Source of the DNA: Candidatus Poribacteria bacterium
GTDB taxonomy: Bacteria > Poribacteria > WGA-4E > PCPOR2b
Assembly: GCA_965215015.1 (NCBI GenBank)
Contig: OZ244042.1
Span: forward strand, 2,592,001-2,656,000
Reading direction: 5' to 3'
Length of the DNA: 64,000 nucleotides
The notes under the pieces were generated by a model. It did no database searches. It was not told where the DNA came from and was given only the letters and a program-made list of their open reading frames with translations. Positions 10,201-19,038 of the stretch are shown piece after piece. A program made the position numbers and the translations under genes. Positions within the stretch are counted from its first letter, which is position 1. Every line of letters starts with the position of its first letter.

Positions 10201-13200
10201 CTTTACCACTGGCTTGTGGGTTGACTGTGACGGTCGGCTGCGTTCGAATCGGTGCCAGGTTACCGTCTTCACCGCCCCGAACGGCAAACCGAAACGCATC
10301 AACCCCTGTCGTGGCTGAAGCTACCGCGCGCCCGGCATCGGTCGCACCGTAGGTAATCGTTATCTCATTGGCTTTGTCAAGCGAAAAGATAGGCACGGTG
10401 ACAGAGAATCTATCATCGTCCGTGACGCTGCCAAGCCCCACGCCATCCACCTCAGTATACCCCGGTAGACTGACCTCTTCTACCTGCGGTTGACTCCAGC
10501 TCGACGGGACGGTGAATTTCAGCTCCCCATCTTCAATCGTCTGACTCGGTTTGTAGGTAAACACCAATACCACATCGTCGGACGCCGCACGGACGGAGGA
10601 GGTATCCAATGTAACCGTTCCCGTCCCGTCCAATGCGCTCGTCACTTTGACTTGTAAGATACCGGCGGCATCTTTATAAAGAAACTGGGTCTTGTCCGGG
10701 TTTCTTATCTTCTCCCGGCCGGTGTGTTCCAAGGTGCTGGTAATAGCCTCGAAAACGCCGTCGCCGTCCCCGTCGGATCTAATCACGAACTGGGCGGTGC
10801 CAACATTGTCCTGAACCTCCGCACCGACGTCAGAATCAGAACCGGTGCCACCTCCATAGATAAATCGGAAACTCCCCCCTTTGGCAAGGGTATCGATGGT
10901 TGCTATCACGTAGCGATCGTTTATATTATCAGGAAGCAAGGAGACCCCTGCCCCTCTGACCGTCACATAATTCCGCTTGGTCGGATCCTCCTGCATCGAC
11001 CCCCAACCGTCTGGAATTCCAAGACTCACGGCACCGCCGTCCATCGTGCCGGCTGCGGTGAACACGACCTCAATCGCCCGATTGCTACTACCTGCCTCAA
11101 TCGTCCCCGGCGATAGCACGGCTGCCCCCATACCGTCTTCGACGTTGCTCAGCGTGACGGTGGCGGTTCCAGCCGTCCGGGTGCTAGCACCCGATGACGT
11201 TCTGAAGGTGCCGGACACTTGGACCGCACCGGCGACATAATGTAATACAGCTTTACTATCATCGGCAGCACCATACGTAATCGTGACGGACTCCCCGACA
11301 TCGAGCTGACCGATTGCAACGGTGATGGTGCGCCCGGAGACGGTTATCTGATCCGCACCAATCGCCCCGGCATTCCTGCTCTTTTGTGCATCGCCGGAGA
11401 CGGATACCTCACCGGCGGTTGCGTCTGCCTTGGTCGGTGGACTGCCCAAAGTGGACGGGATGGTCAACCGCACCTCGCCGTCCCGTATGGGGGTCGAATC
11501 CGCTATAAACTTGAAATTGATAGTCTGTTCACTTCCGGCGGGGAAGGTGTCGGTGCCGTCGACTTCAAATCGAACCGCATCGCCTGAGGTCTTCACAACC
11601 GAGAGGATGGGGCGATCATCAATGTCGGTACCCTGGCCCTCCTGAAGTTCATCATCATTAACCATCACCACCCAGAGATACTCGTCGGCTTCTGAGAGGA
11701 TATTGACCCTACGGATTCTAGCGGTCACGGTTTTCCCTTTTTCAAGGTCGAGACCTGACCACTCAAGGGTATCCCCGGCCTCGTTTACCTCTAACCCTTC
11801 AGAACCCGAAACATACCCATAGCCCGTCGAGGTGCCGGTTTGGAGTTTCTGGGTATCATCATCGATAACAATGCCCTTCGGCTCAATCGTTAGCGTGGCA
11901 TTCTCAAGATCGGTGTAGGCGGTATACGTCAGGGCGATATCTCTCCGTTGAGAACCCGCCTCCACAGAAGCAGGAGACAAGTCCAACTTACCAGAACCCG
12001 CCTTAGCAACCCACACCCCACCACTAACTGCTACAGGTTCGGTCATAGAACCAATAGTGGTCTCCGCGGTGATACTCGGGGGGATAAACGGGTCCGCATC
12101 AGTCCCCGCACCCGTCCCGATACCAATCCCCTCCTCACGAGTATACGAAACAATAATTTGCTGACCCGTATCAAGCGTAATGTTCTCGATAAATAGCTTC
12201 GCGAACAGCCCGTCCAGGGTGGCCGTAGGCGTCCTACCGAACGTAACAAACAAATCAGTATCTGGATCTGGATCGGCTGCCCCGCCCCTGCCTCTCACAG
12301 TAAAACCGGTATTCTCAAAATTATCATAAGGCGCCCGCCTTGTATATGCTATAAGCGTGTCCATAGGCCCTAAATGTGCCACACCTTTGCCTACGGGGTG
12401 AAATGATATATCTAGGTCACTATCGTGCATCGGCCCAGGGGCTGTGAAGGTGAGAGTGAATTCGGTATTTTCCTCACCCGAAAATACCCGCCCCGGTTCA
12501 ATTGTCAGCTTTCTTTCGTCTTTGAGAGAGTCACGGTCACCCCCTCCTATAATATTACCGACCTTGACAGAAGGTGGATCCCCCGGTAACAGACTAAGCA
12601 CACCATTCCGGGTACTCTCACTACATAGGAATTCATCGGAAAAAGGCAGGCTAGAAGGAACCGGAGTCGTTACATCACCCAATCGGATGGTGAGTTTTCT
12701 ATCACCCGCGGTAACCCACGCCGAATCGAGGGCGACGGTTATCCGATTGTCCGCTTCAAAGACCACCCTATCCGTATCACTACCTGAGACGGTGCCATCT
12801 CCATCTGTTTTGTATATTTCTGTACCATCATCCCTGACCGATAGAAACTTGTTAGACACCTTCCAACCGGATGGAAACGCTATCCGAAAGCGTCCATCAG
12901 ACAGGTTCTCAGTCGTCGGTCTGTAGGTAAATTCCAGAACGTTCCAATAACTGCCAGCACGAAGCGGAGGCGTGCCAAGCGGAAGCGTGCTGTCAGTAGC
13001 AACATTAATAGCTGGAGGTGCCTCACCAGCCGTTTCTCGGAAACCCCAACCTACTTCTACTGCACCTGCACCTGCTACACCCGGAACTGTTACATAAAAG
13101 TGGTCTTCACTGGGGGTGCCTGTTTGTCTGCTGTTTTCCAGATGTTGGAGAAGAGGAACATCATCGGGCGTGAGGGTATCCTCACTACGCGAGACTCCAT

Positions 13201-14203
13201 GAGAGCCATATACGGGCGCATGGGTCGGGGGCTGAAATATCGTGGACGGCGGTACGAAATCCTGCGCATTGGGATTCGGCGAAGGATGTGACATTGCCAC
13301 CTGTATGTCCGAAGTAATAATATAGGCTCCTCCCTCTGGGGATCCCGGCTGGAAGCGCGACGGGAGATCGGTTGGTAATAGGGAATCCGTGTTCAGCCTC
13401 CTCCAGTTATCTGCGGTGCCTGATTCTCCTGGGGCGTTGACCATGTACTCGAATCTATAGGTAGTATCAATGGGCTTGACAGAGAAACGTACGATAGAGG
13501 TGATTAGGAATCTAAGCCTTACTACCGGAGCATCCGCTTTATGTGCAGCAGTTCTGCGCCTATCCATTGGAACCACAGTTTCAAAATCGTCAGCTGAGTG
13601 TCTGATTGTTAGCCGACGATTCCCGTTGTTAACGAATACACCCTTATCACCCCAATTTCCGTCAGACTCCTTAGTATAACTCATCCTATATTGCTCTGGC
13701 GCGTTTGGATTGCCGTAAAACACCCCATCACCTTCGTTCGGGCGAGTGTCGCTGTCGGGGTCCCACCTGGCCAGGGTGTAGATGGGGAGAGCGATAAGGG
13801 TGTTTCTTCGCCAACCCGTAGCGTTTGCATCTCTATGAGGATCAGCTATACCTTTGGTATAAGCTGTGTGGTTAGCACGCAACCGGATGTACAGGGTGTC
13901 TTCCGGGTTCACGAACTCAACCCCGGGTGGGAGGTCCAACCGAAACCCTGCCTTCGCGTCTTTGTTGTGCGTTGTATAATAAACCCTCATATAGTAATTG
14001 ACGCCAGGCTGAATATCGTCTAGTGGAATCGTCTGTAGGTGAGCGTCGATCGGGTCAAAGTAGAAAGTCACCGTGTCCGCATATATAGCACCTTGCGGTG
14101 CTGCCTCGTTAATAAACAACCCCACAAACAACATCAAACTGATAACAAAAAATACGCTTAATTTCCGAAGATTTACATTTCGTTGGTTTAATCGTTTAAT
14201 CAC
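7244..14203 (-). CDS. Giant secreted/surface protein, 2319 aa, with tandem Ig-like repeats and a C-terminal FlgD-Ig/T9SS-A-like domain
   Basis: N-terminal signal peptide; repeated 'FTYTA.G...P.GW..P' beta-rich modules; C-terminus TELLRNYPNPFNPETWIPY...WDGRN..GE.VASGIYFY...RKMLILK; GAAAGGA RBS before GTG. Confidence 0.9.
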   Translation of the reverse strand: MIKRLNQRNVNLRKLSVFFVISLMLFVGLFINEAAPQGAIYADTVTFYFDPIDAHLQTIPLDDIQPGVNYYMRVYYTTHNKDAKAGFRLDLPPGVEFVNPEDTLYIRLRANHTAYTKGIADPHRDANATGWRRNTLIALPIYTLARWDPDSDTRPNEGDGVFYGNPNAPEQYRMSYTKESDGNWGDKGVFVNNGNRRLTIRHSADDFETVVPMDRRRTAAHKADAPVVRLRFLITSIVRFSVKPIDTTYRFEYMVNAPGESGTADNWRRLNTDSLLPTDLPSRFQPGSPEGGAYIITSDIQVAMSHPSPNPNAQDFVPPSTIFQPPTHAPVYGSHGVSRSEDTLTPDDVPLLQHLENSRQTGTPSEDHFYVTVPGVAGAGAVEVGWGFRETAGEAPPAINVATDSTLPLGTPPLRAGSYWNVLEFTYRPTTENLSDGRFRIAFPSGWKVSNKFLSVRDDGTEIYKTDGDGTVSGSDTDRVVFEADNRITVALDSAWVTAGDRKLTIRLGDVTTPVPSSLPFSDEFLCSESTRNGVLSLLPGDPPSVKVGNIIGGGDRDSLKDERKLTIEPGRVFSGEENTEFTLTFTAPGPMHDSDLDISFHPVGKGVAHLGPMDTLIAYTRRAPYDNFENTGFTVRGRGGAADPDPDTDLFVTFGRTPTATLDGLFAKLFIENITLDTGQQIIVSYTREEGIGIGTGAGTDADPFIPPSITAETTIGSMTEPVAVSGGVWVAKAGSGKLDLSPASVEAGSQRRDIALTYTAYTDLENATLTIEPKGIVIDDDTQKLQTGTSTGYGYVSGSEGLEVNEAGDTLEWSGLDLEKGKTVTARIRRVNILSEADEYLWVVMVNDDELQEGQGTDIDDRPILSVVKTSGDAVRFEVDGTDTFPAGSEQTINFKFIADSTPIRDGEVRLTIPSTLGSPPTKADATAGEVSVSGDAQKSRNAGAIGADQITVSGRTITVAIGQLDVGESVTITYGAADDSKAVLHYVAGAVQVSGTFRTSSGASTRTAGTATVTLSNVEDGMGAAVLSPGTIEAGSSNRAIEVVFTAAGTMDGGAVSLGIPDGWGSMQEDPTKRNYVTVRGAGVSLLPDNINDRYVIATIDTLAKGGSFRFIYGGGTGSDSDVGAEVQDNVGTAQFVIRSDGDGDGVFEAITSTLEHTGREKIRNPDKTQFLYKDAAGILQVKVTSALDGTGTVTLDTSSVRAASDDVVLVFTYKPSQTIEDGELKFTVPSSWSQPQVEEVSLPGYTEVDGVGLGSVTDDDRFSVTVPIFSLDKANEITITYGATDAGRAVASATTGVDAFRFAVRGGEDGNLAPIRTQPTVTVNPQASGKGKAVIAVTDGEGSLHTGDTGRELTVTYTAAGQMVGGKVRLEVPAGWSAPTADTVEITPAIPPTFSGQMAIVEGVNLSANGTVTFVYTGDVQPNVDTDVAFAVGVHGGDAADRFDPVSGDETMLTVDVEEARQGAGSGEVAPRIVDAGATGVNLTFTYTAVGRVNAPREFRVQVPPGWTTPSSAAMDPENKGTYTVVHRHMGVATTVSVEKLTPVGRDMVARVKLGGLEVEAGDEIIFTYQNADAPANREVSQFAMLFDGRQVASNVSVRVQDSTPSQLTLSSAGTVSADEGAMPLGITVGLRDAEGHEVAMGSDVSVTLTSSSAGTFSELAEGTGTESITVTVAGGEVSAMVYYQDATPGMATITATAPGLTMASHPVTVTTSVVAITEGSVTIEPALARAGDTVTVSAMGTAGRTVMFSVGSIVTDHSMAEVSSGAYSGSFTVVADQHADVVQHPDGMYDVSVSLNGQSVMVSNALTLDSTMPTVMAMASPETVADGESVEISATVSDASSITSVMADVSMLDTTQTDAVALTMGADGSYSASVVVSEANTALNGAKTITITAIDAAGNSGSGTAMVTLDNKLSYTSQIPAGISLFHVPLAVEGLDTVGDLREMLGSNANLLIVYDRATDLWNSRSDDVPITADLGILLSMSAEATVTFTGYAWDDGASTINLTAGSNLIGLPVNDARVTNVSDIASLFARGVVISLVVSTADGYRSVAAAADINDGLAEDVNDGPVMGDAAYLVTATTDATAALIGTGWSHDTAAAAPIALVSHQVAGQTPVLDVNGSVVDETTGVVQDGFRVKVKNLSTKAALNRVTSAETTTGYNMTFVDLKVGHAAQVGDVLEISADSPSPLIGVQPVRHIVTIDDVKATRIELADLIAYEIPSETELLRNYPNPFNPETWIPYRLASDAEVVLTIYDSTGLVVRTLDMGHQTAAVYESRAKAIYWDGRNRFGEQVASGIYFYSLSAGDFSATRKMLILK

Positions 14204-14271
14204 AATAAAATCCTTTCACGTGAGTTAATCTTAGGTTGGTTAACAATGATAGGGGCCCTTTTCACGTCTTA

Positions 14272-14632
14272 CAGACGCTACTGCAAAAGATAACCCTCCA
14301 TCTATTGAATTCGCTTTGTTAACGTTTTTGAAAACAAAAAAGACCAATACTAAAGTAAAGGGTCTTGAATACACAACTCTATAATACAACCGATCGAAAG
14401 ATTTGTCGATCGAAATCGAACATTTACCCCCATTTTTTTAGTCAGACGCTACTGCAAAAGATAACGTTCTGCCTATTGGGCCTCTTGTCATTCATTAGGT
14501 CAATTATGCACCAAAACGTTGTTGAAAACAGAAAAGGCTAATGGTGAAGTAAAGGGTTTTGAATACACAATTCTATAATACAACTCTATAATACAACCGA
14601 TCGAAGGATTTGTCGATCGTAATCGAACATTT
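14272..14632 (-). promoter_or_regulatory. Tandemly duplicated promoter/leader for the giant protein gene
   Basis: Two diverged copies (14272-14425, 14443-14632), each with TCGACA-N17-TATTAT on the minus strand and a CGATCGA-N8-TCGATCG palindrome overlapping the -35. Confidence 0.65.
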
Positions 14633-14639
14633 TTTTTAG

Positions 14640-14830
14640 AGAATCTGTGGATAGAACCCCGTCTTTTAAGACGGGTATACAGATTGGCAAAGGGGATTCA
14701 GTCAAACAACGGTTGAAATTGTCTCATTGTTAGGCTCTTGAATCCGTCGCTCACCCCCAAATGAAATGGAGATGAAAGCCACTCCGATGAAGACCTACAA
14801 GTTCAAACCGACGCATACGAGAAAAGCCTT
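14640..14830 (+). mobile_element. Truncated IS200/IS605 left end with a tnpB N-terminal trace
   Basis: CCCGTCTTTTAAGACGGG hairpin and downstream homology to 155-225; then MKTYKFK (14777), which resembles the start of TnpB. Confidence 0.6.
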
Positions 14831-14952
14831 GGGGGACGCAAGCAGGGGACAATCCGTGGCAAGTCAGACGTGTTTGGAGGGAGGTTGCTTGAGCGATAGT
14901 CTACTGGCAAGCTATTGAACGCTCAGAGACTCATGCCCAATGAATTAGGCAC

Positions 14953-15042
14953 CTATGCCTTTACTCCAAGATCTTGGCAAAATTTGAGACCCGCTTCAAA
15001 CCCGAACTTCATGATGAAAAATGTGTTAATGCCGAGTTTCAT
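14953..15042 (-). pseudogene. 5' remnant of a sugar-phosphate isomerase/epimerase (TIM barrel)
   Basis: RBS plus MKLGINTFFIMKFGFEAGLKFCQDLGVKA*, truncated at a REP-like palindrome. Confidence 0.55.
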
Positions 15043-15364
15043 GTAACCTGCCCCTTCCTTGTGAAATGCGAAATTTTCTGTGATTGTTCCTCTCCCTAGT
15101 TTTCACTCCAGTCCGACCTTTCAACCGTTACGACAAGAGGGCATAACCATTATACGCGCTCATTAACCAAGGTCAACAAGAAATGTGGTGCGGTAGAGAT
15201 ACTCAGACTGGAATGATGTATGATCCGTGAAACGTAGGTGTAAAGATAGATCAATTCCCTTCATCTATCACTTTTTTATTGCCCGCTGACAGATGATATG
15301 ATATGATGCGATTACGCTATAATATTGGTATTGAACAAATAGCTTCAAATGGAGGGGCATATCA

Positions 15365-16579
15365 ATGGCAAAAACAGTTGGCATCGTTGGAACCTTAGAC
15401 ACAAAAGGCATGGAGTTTCAGTTTATCAAAGAACGAATCGAGGCAAGTAGCACTTCAACATGCGTTGTCAACACAGGGATTCTGGGAGAACCACACTTTG
15501 AACCGGATGTCTCCGCCGGTGAGGTTGCAGCAGCAGGAGGCACGTCACTACAAGCCCTTCAGGACGGAGGCGATCGGGGTGTGGCTGTGGCAGCGATGGC
15601 GGAGGGCGCAGCGAAGATTATCGCTGAATTGCAGAGCGATGGAAAAATTGACGGTGTAATCTCCCTCGGTGGTTCCGCTGGAACTACAATTGGAACGACA
15701 GCAATGCGGGCGGTTCCTGTCGGTGTACCGAAGATTATGGTATCAACCTTGGCTTCCGGCGACACAAGTCCCTATGTGGACACGAAGGACATTTCAATGA
15801 TGTACTCCGTCGTGGACATCGCGGGCATCAATAGCCTCTCCCGGCAGATTTTGGCAAACGCCGCCGGTGCGATCGTGGGCATGGTCAATACGGAACTACC
15901 GGCGGCGGCGGATAACCCCCTGATTGGTGCCACGATGTTCGGTGTGACGACACCGTGTGTGACAAAGGCACGTGAACTCCTTGAGGATGCCGGTTACGAA
16001 GTCCTTGTCTTTCATGCCACCGGTGCCGGTGGGCGGGCGATGGAAGATTTAGTTAAGGGTGGATTTATTGCTGGCGTTCTTGATGTGACGACGACAGAAC
16101 TGGCCGATGAACTGGTCGGTGGGGTTTTGAGCGCGGGACCAGACCGTTTAGAAGCAGCAGGGGACCTCGGTGTGCCGCAGGTCGTTGCGCCGGGGGCGTT
16201 AGATATGGTCAATTTCGGACCTCCCGACACAGTACCGGAGCAGTTTAAAGATCGGACATTCTACCAGCACAACCCAACGGTAACGCTGATGCGAACGACC
16301 GTTGCCGAAAATGCCGAATTGGGGAAGATCATGGGACAGAAGTTAAGCCGAGCCAAAGGACCTACGACGGTGATAATCCCCCAACAAGGCGTCTCGGCAA
16401 TCGATAAGGAAGGGCAGCCGTTCTACTCAGCGGAAGCCGAGGCTGCATGGATCGAAAATCTGAAGGCAAATCTTGGGGACAACGTTACGTTGATTGAGAT
16501 GGATAATCACATCAATGACGATGCGTTTGCAACGAAGTTGGTGGAAACATTACTGACAAGTTTGAACGGCGATGCGTAA
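15365..16579 (+). CDS. Tm-1-like ATP-binding domain protein (UPF0261)
   Basis: GTLDTK, GGSAGT, TMFGVTTPCV, VFHATG.GG and PGALDMVNFG motifs. Confidence 0.9.
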   Translation: MAKTVGIVGTLDTKGMEFQFIKERIEASSTSTCVVNTGILGEPHFEPDVSAGEVAAAGGTSLQALQDGGDRGVAVAAMAEGAAKIIAELQSDGKIDGVISLGGSAGTTIGTTAMRAVPVGVPKIMVSTLASGDTSPYVDTKDISMMYSVVDIAGINSLSRQILANAAGAIVGMVNTELPAAADNPLIGATMFGVTTPCVTKARELLEDAGYEVLVFHATGAGGRAMEDLVKGGFIAGVLDVTTTELADELVGGVLSAGPDRLEAAGDLGVPQVVAPGALDMVNFGPPDTVPEQFKDRTFYQHNPTVTLMRTTVAENAELGKIMGQKLSRAKGPTTVIIPQQGVSAIDKEGQPFYSAEAEAAWIENLKANLGDNVTLIEMDNHINDDAFATKLVETLLTSLNGDA

Positions 16580-16613
16580 TGCTATAGTGGCTTGCGCCTG
16601 AAAGGAAACTTAC

Positions 16614-17300
16614 ATGGCACTCACACCGGTTCTCTCACGTCAGCAGATCCAGCGGTATTGCGAAGCCAATTACCTGCTAGTATCCGGGTTGATTCCGGAC
16701 GCTATCGCAGAACGGGCGGAAGCAGCAATGTGGCGGTGGCTCGGTCTTCAACCCCATGATCCGGAGGCGTGGGAAAATGTACAGGCCCCCGAGACGTGCG
16801 ATGATCCTGACGTCCTTGCCATGTATACTCCACAACTCCTGACCGCCGCTGCACAACTTGGCGAGGGCGATATGGCTCCCGACGTTTACCGTCCGCCGAA
16901 GAGTATAAGGCCCATCAATATCTTCCCGCAAACAGGTGAATGGGTGTCGCCGGAATCTCATATTGACCATGCAATTAAGGAACACGGGCACAAGACGTTT
17001 CCACCTGCCTTTCGCGTTGCAACCCTCACATATCTGACTGACGTAGAACCTCATGGTGGTGGTACAGTCGTCTGGCCTCGGTCTCGCCACAAAATCGAGG
17101 CACTGGCTCGTAGCGATCCGGACCGCTATGAATATATGTGGGTCCTCAATCAGGGATACAATCGTGAAGAACTGGGGGACTATGTCGAGTTAACGCCTAA
17201 ACGCGGTGATGTACTCTTCTACCACGTCTTCTGTGCTCATGCCGGCAGTAAAAATGTTGGACGCGTGCCCCGTTTTGCCCTTCCCTGCAAATGGGGATAA
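16614..17300 (+). CDS. PhyH-family Fe(II)/2OG dioxygenase (canonical HxD)
   Basis: HID, YLTDV...GGT.V.P.S, GDVLFY...H, PR. Confidence 0.85.
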   Translation: MALTPVLSRQQIQRYCEANYLLVSGLIPDAIAERAEAAMWRWLGLQPHDPEAWENVQAPETCDDPDVLAMYTPQLLTAAAQLGEGDMAPDVYRPPKSIRPINIFPQTGEWVSPESHIDHAIKEHGHKTFPPAFRVATLTYLTDVEPHGGGTVVWPRSRHKIEALARSDPDRYEYMWVLNQGYNREELGDYVELTPKRGDVLFYHVFCAHAGSKNVGRVPRFALPCKWG

Positions 17301-17382
17301 CATTCAATCAGTAGAGTCAAATCTCGTAGGGACAGGTTTCCTAATCTGCCATATCTGATAAAATCAACGGAGGTTTTCAGTA

Positions 17383-18204
17383 ATGACACCTGAACAGAGA
17401 TACCTGTTTGACGTTACAGGATATTTACACTTAGAAAATGTCCTTACAGGCGATGCACTGCAAGAGACCCAAGAAGCGATTGACCGATATATCCAAGCCC
17501 CAGCGGACGAACTGCCCCCCGGATTTGAAATCAGAGGGCTTCATCAACACGGTTTTGCATTCGATAAGTGTCTTGAAGCCTTGACGCTCCATCCAGCCAC
17601 ATGGCCAATTGTCAAGGAGCTGACCTTTAACAAACCGCGTTTTGCCAGAGGGTCACTCAAACGGGAGCAACACACGGACTGGAAAGAAGGCGAGCGGGCA
17701 CGTACAAACCCGGGTGGACTCCATTGCGCCCGCGATGACTACGGTTGGTACAGCACCCTCTATAAGGTCAAAGATGGACACATCTATTGTGATGACTTTG
17801 TTGCCTTTTTCTATTTCACGGATGTGTTTCCCGGCGACGGTGGATTGATTGTAATTCCCGGTTCTCATAAAAGCGAGTTTCAACGCCCAAAGGATTTGTT
17901 GACACTCGACGAAGCGGATGGAATTGATCCAGAACCGAATCCGGTGTTTACAAATATCACCGCCCGGGCGGGCGATGTTGTGATTATATCTGAGCTGCTC
18001 ACCCACGGTGTCTTGCGATGGAAACCGACGGATCGGGATCGCCGTATACTGGTCCTACGTTACAAGCCGCAATATATGGGTGCACATTCGTTCCCGCAGC
18101 CGATTCTGGACCGATTATCGCCGGAGACGCTTGAATTGGTCGCATCGGCGGGATTCCAGCATACCAAAGAAATTGTTAAACAGGACATCGTCCATCTGTC
18201 TTGA
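17383..18204 (+). CDS. PhyH-fold Fe/2OG enzyme with HxA motif (halogenase-like)
   Basis: FD.TGYL, LHCA, DGGL.VIPGSHK, AGDV...LTHG, RR. Confidence 0.85.
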   Translation: MTPEQRYLFDVTGYLHLENVLTGDALQETQEAIDRYIQAPADELPPGFEIRGLHQHGFAFDKCLEALTLHPATWPIVKELTFNKPRFARGSLKREQHTDWKEGERARTNPGGLHCARDDYGWYSTLYKVKDGHIYCDDFVAFFYFTDVFPGDGGLIVIPGSHKSEFQRPKDLLTLDEADGIDPEPNPVFTNITARAGDVVIISELLTHGVLRWKPTDRDRRILVLRYKPQYMGAHSFPQPILDRLSPETLELVASAGFQHTKEIVKQDIVHLS

Positions 18205-18219
18205 GCGGAGAGGCTACCA

Positions 18220-19038
18220 ATGACGCCCAAACAGAAGTATCTCTTTGATATCACAGGTTATCTTCATCTGAAAAACGTTCTCAGCCCTGAAGAGCTGCGG
18301 AATACCCAAGCAGCCATTGAGCGATGCTGTCAGACGCCGCCGGATCAGCTCCCGCCCGGTATCCACAGGAACGGAGAAGGGTTTTCGTACGGCTTTTCGT
18401 TCGATAAAGCACTGGAGGCTTTGACGCTCCATCCAGTGACTTGGCCCATCATCAAAGAATTGACGGGCGGAAAACCCCGTCTGAACCGAGGGACGCTCGC
18501 CATCAATACACACGAAAAGCGTCAGATAACACCCCTGCACTGTGCACGAGAAGACTTAGGTTGGCTGACCCGACGTTATGAGGTTAAAGATGGACAAATC
18601 TTCGCCAATGATCTTGTGGCATTCTTCTATTTCACGGATGTGTTTCCCGGCGATGGCGGATTGGTTGTGATTCCGGGGTCTCACAAGAGCGAATTTGAGC
18701 GACCGGAGGAGCTGTTTTTCCCAGATCCTGATGACCCCGACCCTGAATTGCATCCAGCAATGATAAATATTACACCTCGCGCAGGCGATGTAGTGCTTAT
18801 CTCGGAACTGCTCACGCATGGGGTTTTGGTCTGGAAACCGAAAGGCCGAGACCGCCGCTTTCTAATCCTACGGTATAAGACGCAATACTTTCAAGATGAA
18901 CAAGGGAACAAAAATCCGCTCCCGGAGGAGGTGTTAGCGAGATTGTCGCCGGAGACGCGAGAACTGACTGAACCCGCGTTTTATACGGATGTTAAGGATA
19001 TTGCTAGACAGGAGAGAGTTACACTGACGATAAACTAA
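18220..19038 (+). CDS. PhyH-fold Fe/2OG enzyme with HxA motif; tandem paralog of 17383-18204
   Basis: Same motifs (LHCA, VIPGSHKSEF, ELLTHG); long identical peptide blocks shared with the upstream gene. Confidence 0.85.
   Translation: MTPKQKYLFDITGYLHLKNVLSPEELRNTQAAIERCCQTPPDQLPPGIHRNGEGFSYGFSFDKALEALTLHPVTWPIIKELTGGKPRLNRGTLAINTHEKRQITPLHCAREDLGWLTRRYEVKDGQIFANDLVAFFYFTDVFPGDGGLVVIPGSHKSEFERPEELFFPDPDDPDPELHPAMINITPRAGDVVLISELLTHGVLVWKPKGRDRRFLILRYKTQYFQDEQGNKNPLPEEVLARLSPETRELTEPAFYTDVKDIARQERVTLTIN

Noticed and set aside
7685-14023. Many plus-strand ORFs inside the giant gene
   Set aside because: Antisense shadows of a GC3-biased gene; no recognisable motifs.
14272-14632. Tandem riboswitch
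   Set aside because: No recognisable aptamer consensus; the conserved parts fit -35/-10 boxes and an operator better.
17383-19038. Diversity-generating retroelement template/variable repeat pair
   Set aside because: The similarity spans two full paralogous genes, differences are not adenine-specific, and no reverse transcriptase is present.
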